Origin: a virus
Lineage: Duplodnaviria > Heunggongvirae > Uroviricota > Caudoviricetes
Length of the DNA: 8,265 nt
Virus record (IMG/VR): IMGVR_UViG_2690316348_000005
Strand: one strand, 5' to 3'
A program made the translations under genes and the position numbers. Shown piece by piece: positions 6,651-8,265 of the stretch; within the stretch, counting starts at the first letter, position 1; each line of letters starts with the position of its first letter. The notes under the pieces are model-generated. The model was not told the origin of the DNA. It searched no databases and saw nothing but the letters and a program-made list of their open reading frames with translations.

Positions 6651-6855
6651 TTTTAAATACTTCACAATTCAGGCGGTTGACTGTTGTCTGGTTTGCGGGG
6701 AGTTTGTTAAAAGAAACTGGCATGGTGAATCCCCCTGTGCGGAGGGGCAATCAGCGAGTAGGTATATGGGATAATCGCGGATTCAGGTGCTGGTACTGAA
6801 TTCACCGGGAGGCACCCGGCACCATGCAATGGCACATAGCGCCACTCTCCAGCCC
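6651..6855 (+). repeat. Direct repeat B, copy 1 (about 205 bp), GC-rich and structured; truncated just before the terminator that ends copy 2
   Basis: Matches 7215..7419, identical over the last ~165 bp with about 6 mismatches in the first ~40 bp. Contains hairpins such as CCCCCTGTGCGGAGGGG. Confidence 0.85.
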
Positions 6856-6928
6856 AAAGTACAGGATTTAGTCAGCCAGAACGGATGATATTGAAGAATT
6901 AATTACGCGTCGTTATTATGCGGCTCCC

Positions 6929-7004
6929 GGCCCTTTAGCTCAGTGGTGAGAGCGAGCGACTCATAATCGCCAGGTCGCTGGTTCAAATCCAGCAAGGGCC
7001 ACCA
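6929..7004 (+). tRNA. ileZ: tRNA-Ile2-like, anticodon CAT, second copy
   Basis: Identical to 5745..5820. Confidence 0.8.
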
Positions 7005-7011
7005 TCACATA

Positions 7012-7088
7012 CCGCCATTAGCTCATCAGGAAAGAGCGCCAGCCTTCGAAGCTGGCTGCGCGGGGTTCAAGTCCCCGATGGCGGTCCA
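7012..7088 (+). tRNA. argN: tRNA-Arg, anticodon TCG, second copy
   Basis: Identical to 5828..5904. Confidence 0.75.
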
Positions 7089-7101
7089 TTATCTGCATCA
7101 T

Positions 7102-7178
7102 GCGTTGTTAGCTCAGCCGGACAGAGCAATTGCCTTCTAAGCAATCGGTCACTGGTTCGAATCCAGTACAACGCGCCA
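7102..7178 (+). tRNA. argO: tRNA-Arg, anticodon TCT, second copy with a Watson-Crick U4-A69 pair
   Basis: Identical to 5918..5994 except G69 to A (position 7171), which converts the U4-G69 wobble into U-A. Confidence 0.8.
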
Positions 7179-7192
7179 CACTTATTTTCCCT

Positions 7193-7218
7193 GGCTCGCT
7201 TTTGCGGGCCTTTTTTTT
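7193..7218 (+). terminator. Intrinsic terminator immediately after the second tRNA cluster
   Basis: Stem GGCTCGC / GCGGGCC (one G-U pair), loop TTTT, followed by TTTTTTTT (7211..7218). There is no equivalent after the first tRNA cluster. Confidence 0.7.
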
Positions 7219-7419
7219 AAATGTCTCACAATTCAGACGGTTGACAGTTGTCTGTTTTGCGGGGAGTTTGTTAAAAGAAACTGGCATGGTGAATCCCCCT
7301 GTGCGGAGGGGCAATCAGCGAGTAGGTATATGGGATAATCGCGGATTCAGGTGCTGGTACTGAATTCACCGGGAGGCACCCGGCACCATGCAATGGCACA
7401 TAGCGCCACTCTCCAGCCC
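7215..7419 (+). repeat. Direct repeat B, copy 2 (about 205 bp)
   Basis: See copy 1. This copy begins with a perfect TTGACA (7242..7247) and is followed by a terminator. Confidence 0.85.
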
Positions 7420-7440
7420 CTCTCCGGAGGGGCTGTTTAT
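7415..7440 (+). terminator. Intrinsic terminator at the boundary between repeat B copy 2 and the AT-rich island
   Basis: Stem AGCCCCTC (7415..7422), loop TCCG, stem GAGGGGCT (7427..7434), followed by GTTTATATTGATTTT. Confidence 0.65.
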
Positions 7441-7469
7441 ATTGATTTTGTCAGATGTGAGTAAACTCC

Positions 7470-7805
7470 TTATGGACTTTGTTGTTTTAGTCCATAAGGA
7501 CATATTTGCAGAGTGCAACGGTTATTAAAGCATTCATTCAATACGTTATCTGTATTTGTAGGGCATTCCTGGCTATTTTTGATTGAATTCCAGAATGTTT
7601 TATTGAATGGTACTACGTTGTAAATGGTTACAGGTAGCACTTTGTTATTGAGCATGATGCCTGTGTGAGTCAGTGTAAATATACTTTCAGGAGGTAAGAA
7701 AGCATCCGATTGATACCAGATTATTAATTTTATTTTACTCCATATGACTGAAAAAGATATTCCGCATGATGGCTGGATAACTGTATCAATCACAATCCAC
7801 TTCAT
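7470..7805 (-). CDS. Hypothetical protein, 111 aa, in the AT-rich island; the only credible minus-strand gene in the window
   Basis: ATG (complement of 7803..7805) preceded on the minus strand by AAGGAAA with 6-nt spacing. Candidate promoter TTTACA-15-TATACT further upstream on the minus strand. The 3' end overlaps a 12-bp perfect hairpin (7467..7500). No family recognised. Confidence 0.4.
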   Translation of the reverse strand: MKWIVIDTVIQPSCGISFSVIWSKIKLIIWYQSDAFLPPESIFTLTHTGIMLNNKVLPVTIYNVVPFNKTFWNSIKNSQECPTNTDNVLNECFNNRCTLQICPYGLKQQSP

Positions 7806-8065
7806 TTAGTTTCCTTGTTTATGCCTTGCTGGTGATGTTCTGAAAAGTATAAATGATATTTTTGAATGTAAACCATAGAGCAGAATTATTTTTCTGATGT
7901 TGTTTATTGTTTATTTAAATGCAGGGTGGTTTATATCTCGTCTTGTAGTTTATCCATGCATATCTGCTTGATAATCAGGTTTTTATTTAAGGTATGGTTT
8001 TGTGTTTTTTCTGTATTACATGTCAGGTATTTTAAAGAATTATTTTTCAGATGGTGGAAAGAACC

Positions 8066-8239
8066 ATGGCATTTAAACACTATGATGTTGTCAGGGCGGC
8101 GCCGCCGTCAGATCTTGCGGAAAAGCTGACACATAAACTGAAAGAGGGCTGGCAGCCGTTTGGTAGTCCGGTGGCCATAACCCCTTATACCCTGAGGTGT
8201 ACTGGCAATAGCGGACACTACCATTTGTTCTTTTTTTAA
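8066..8239 (+). CDS. Small hypothetical protein, 57 aa (62 aa from the alternative ATG at 8051); possibly DUF1737-like
   Basis: ORF with a GGTGGA-like ribosome-binding site before ATG 8066. The EGWQPFG motif reminds me of small prophage proteins found upstream of lysis genes, but this is a weak recollection. The last 47 nt of the CDS lie inside the right terminal inverted repeat. Confidence 0.4.
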   Translation: MAFKHYDVVRAAPPSDLAEKLTHKLKEGWQPFGSPVAITPYTLRCTGNSGHYHLFFF

Positions 8240-8265
8240 GCAGCCATCTGATGATATTTTTCCCT
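8193..8265. repeat. Right arm of the 73-bp perfect terminal inverted repeat
   Basis: Reverse complement equals 1..73 exactly. Contains the C-terminal codons and 3' flank of the 8066..8239 ORF. Confidence 0.9.

Larger units (their letters stand above)
6857..7178 (+). repeat. Direct repeat A, copy 2 (322 bp): a 32-bp methyltransferase 3' fragment plus a second 3-tRNA cluster
   Basis: Matches 5673..5994 with a single difference inside the third tRNA (A at 7171 versus G at 5987). Confidence 0.9.

Noticed and set aside
7108-7363. ORFs 7108..7314 (minus) and 7130..7363 (plus) across the second tRNA cluster and repeat B
   Set aside because: They span tRNA genes and terminator hairpins; no coding signal.
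5673-7419. Possibility that the repeated blocks are a CRISPR array
   Set aside because: Only two copies, repeat units of 205 to 322 bp containing tRNA genes, and no short regular repeat-spacer periodicity.
7926-8129. Plus-strand ORF (67 aa) in the AT-rich region
   Set aside because: Low-complexity, Phe/Leu/Ile-rich translation typical of AT-rich non-coding DNA; it overlaps the likely promoter and ribosome-binding region of the 8066..8239 gene.
1-8265. The terminal inverted repeats as the ends of a transposon or IS-like element
   Set aside because: No transposase or recombinase is encoded between the repeats, and the repeats overlap coding sequence of ordinary prophage genes. An inverted duplication or an artifact is more plausible.

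Overview
This window reads as the nin-to-late-regulatory segment of a lambdoid (Qin/933W-like) enterobacterial prophage, all on the + strand, with accessory cargo downstream of the antiterminator. Left to right: small nin-region ORFs, a hok-family type I toxin with its terminator, a rem-like ORF, a DUF968/YdfU-like protein, the RusA resolvase, a Q-like late antiterminator, a pR'-like late promoter and tR'-like terminator, a small putative wHTH protein, an orphan beta-class DNA methyltransferase, and a three-gene tRNA cluster (Ile-CAT, Arg-TCG, Arg-TCT). That tRNA cluster occurs twice inside a mosaic direct duplication. An AT-rich island with a convergent minus-strand ORF follows, then a small plus-strand ORF at the right edge. 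The most unexpected observation is that the first 73 bp and last 73 bp of the window are perfect inverted repeats of each other. No integrase, transposase, CRISPR array or rRNA is visible. All protein identifications rest on motif recognition and recalled family knowledge, not on database searches.
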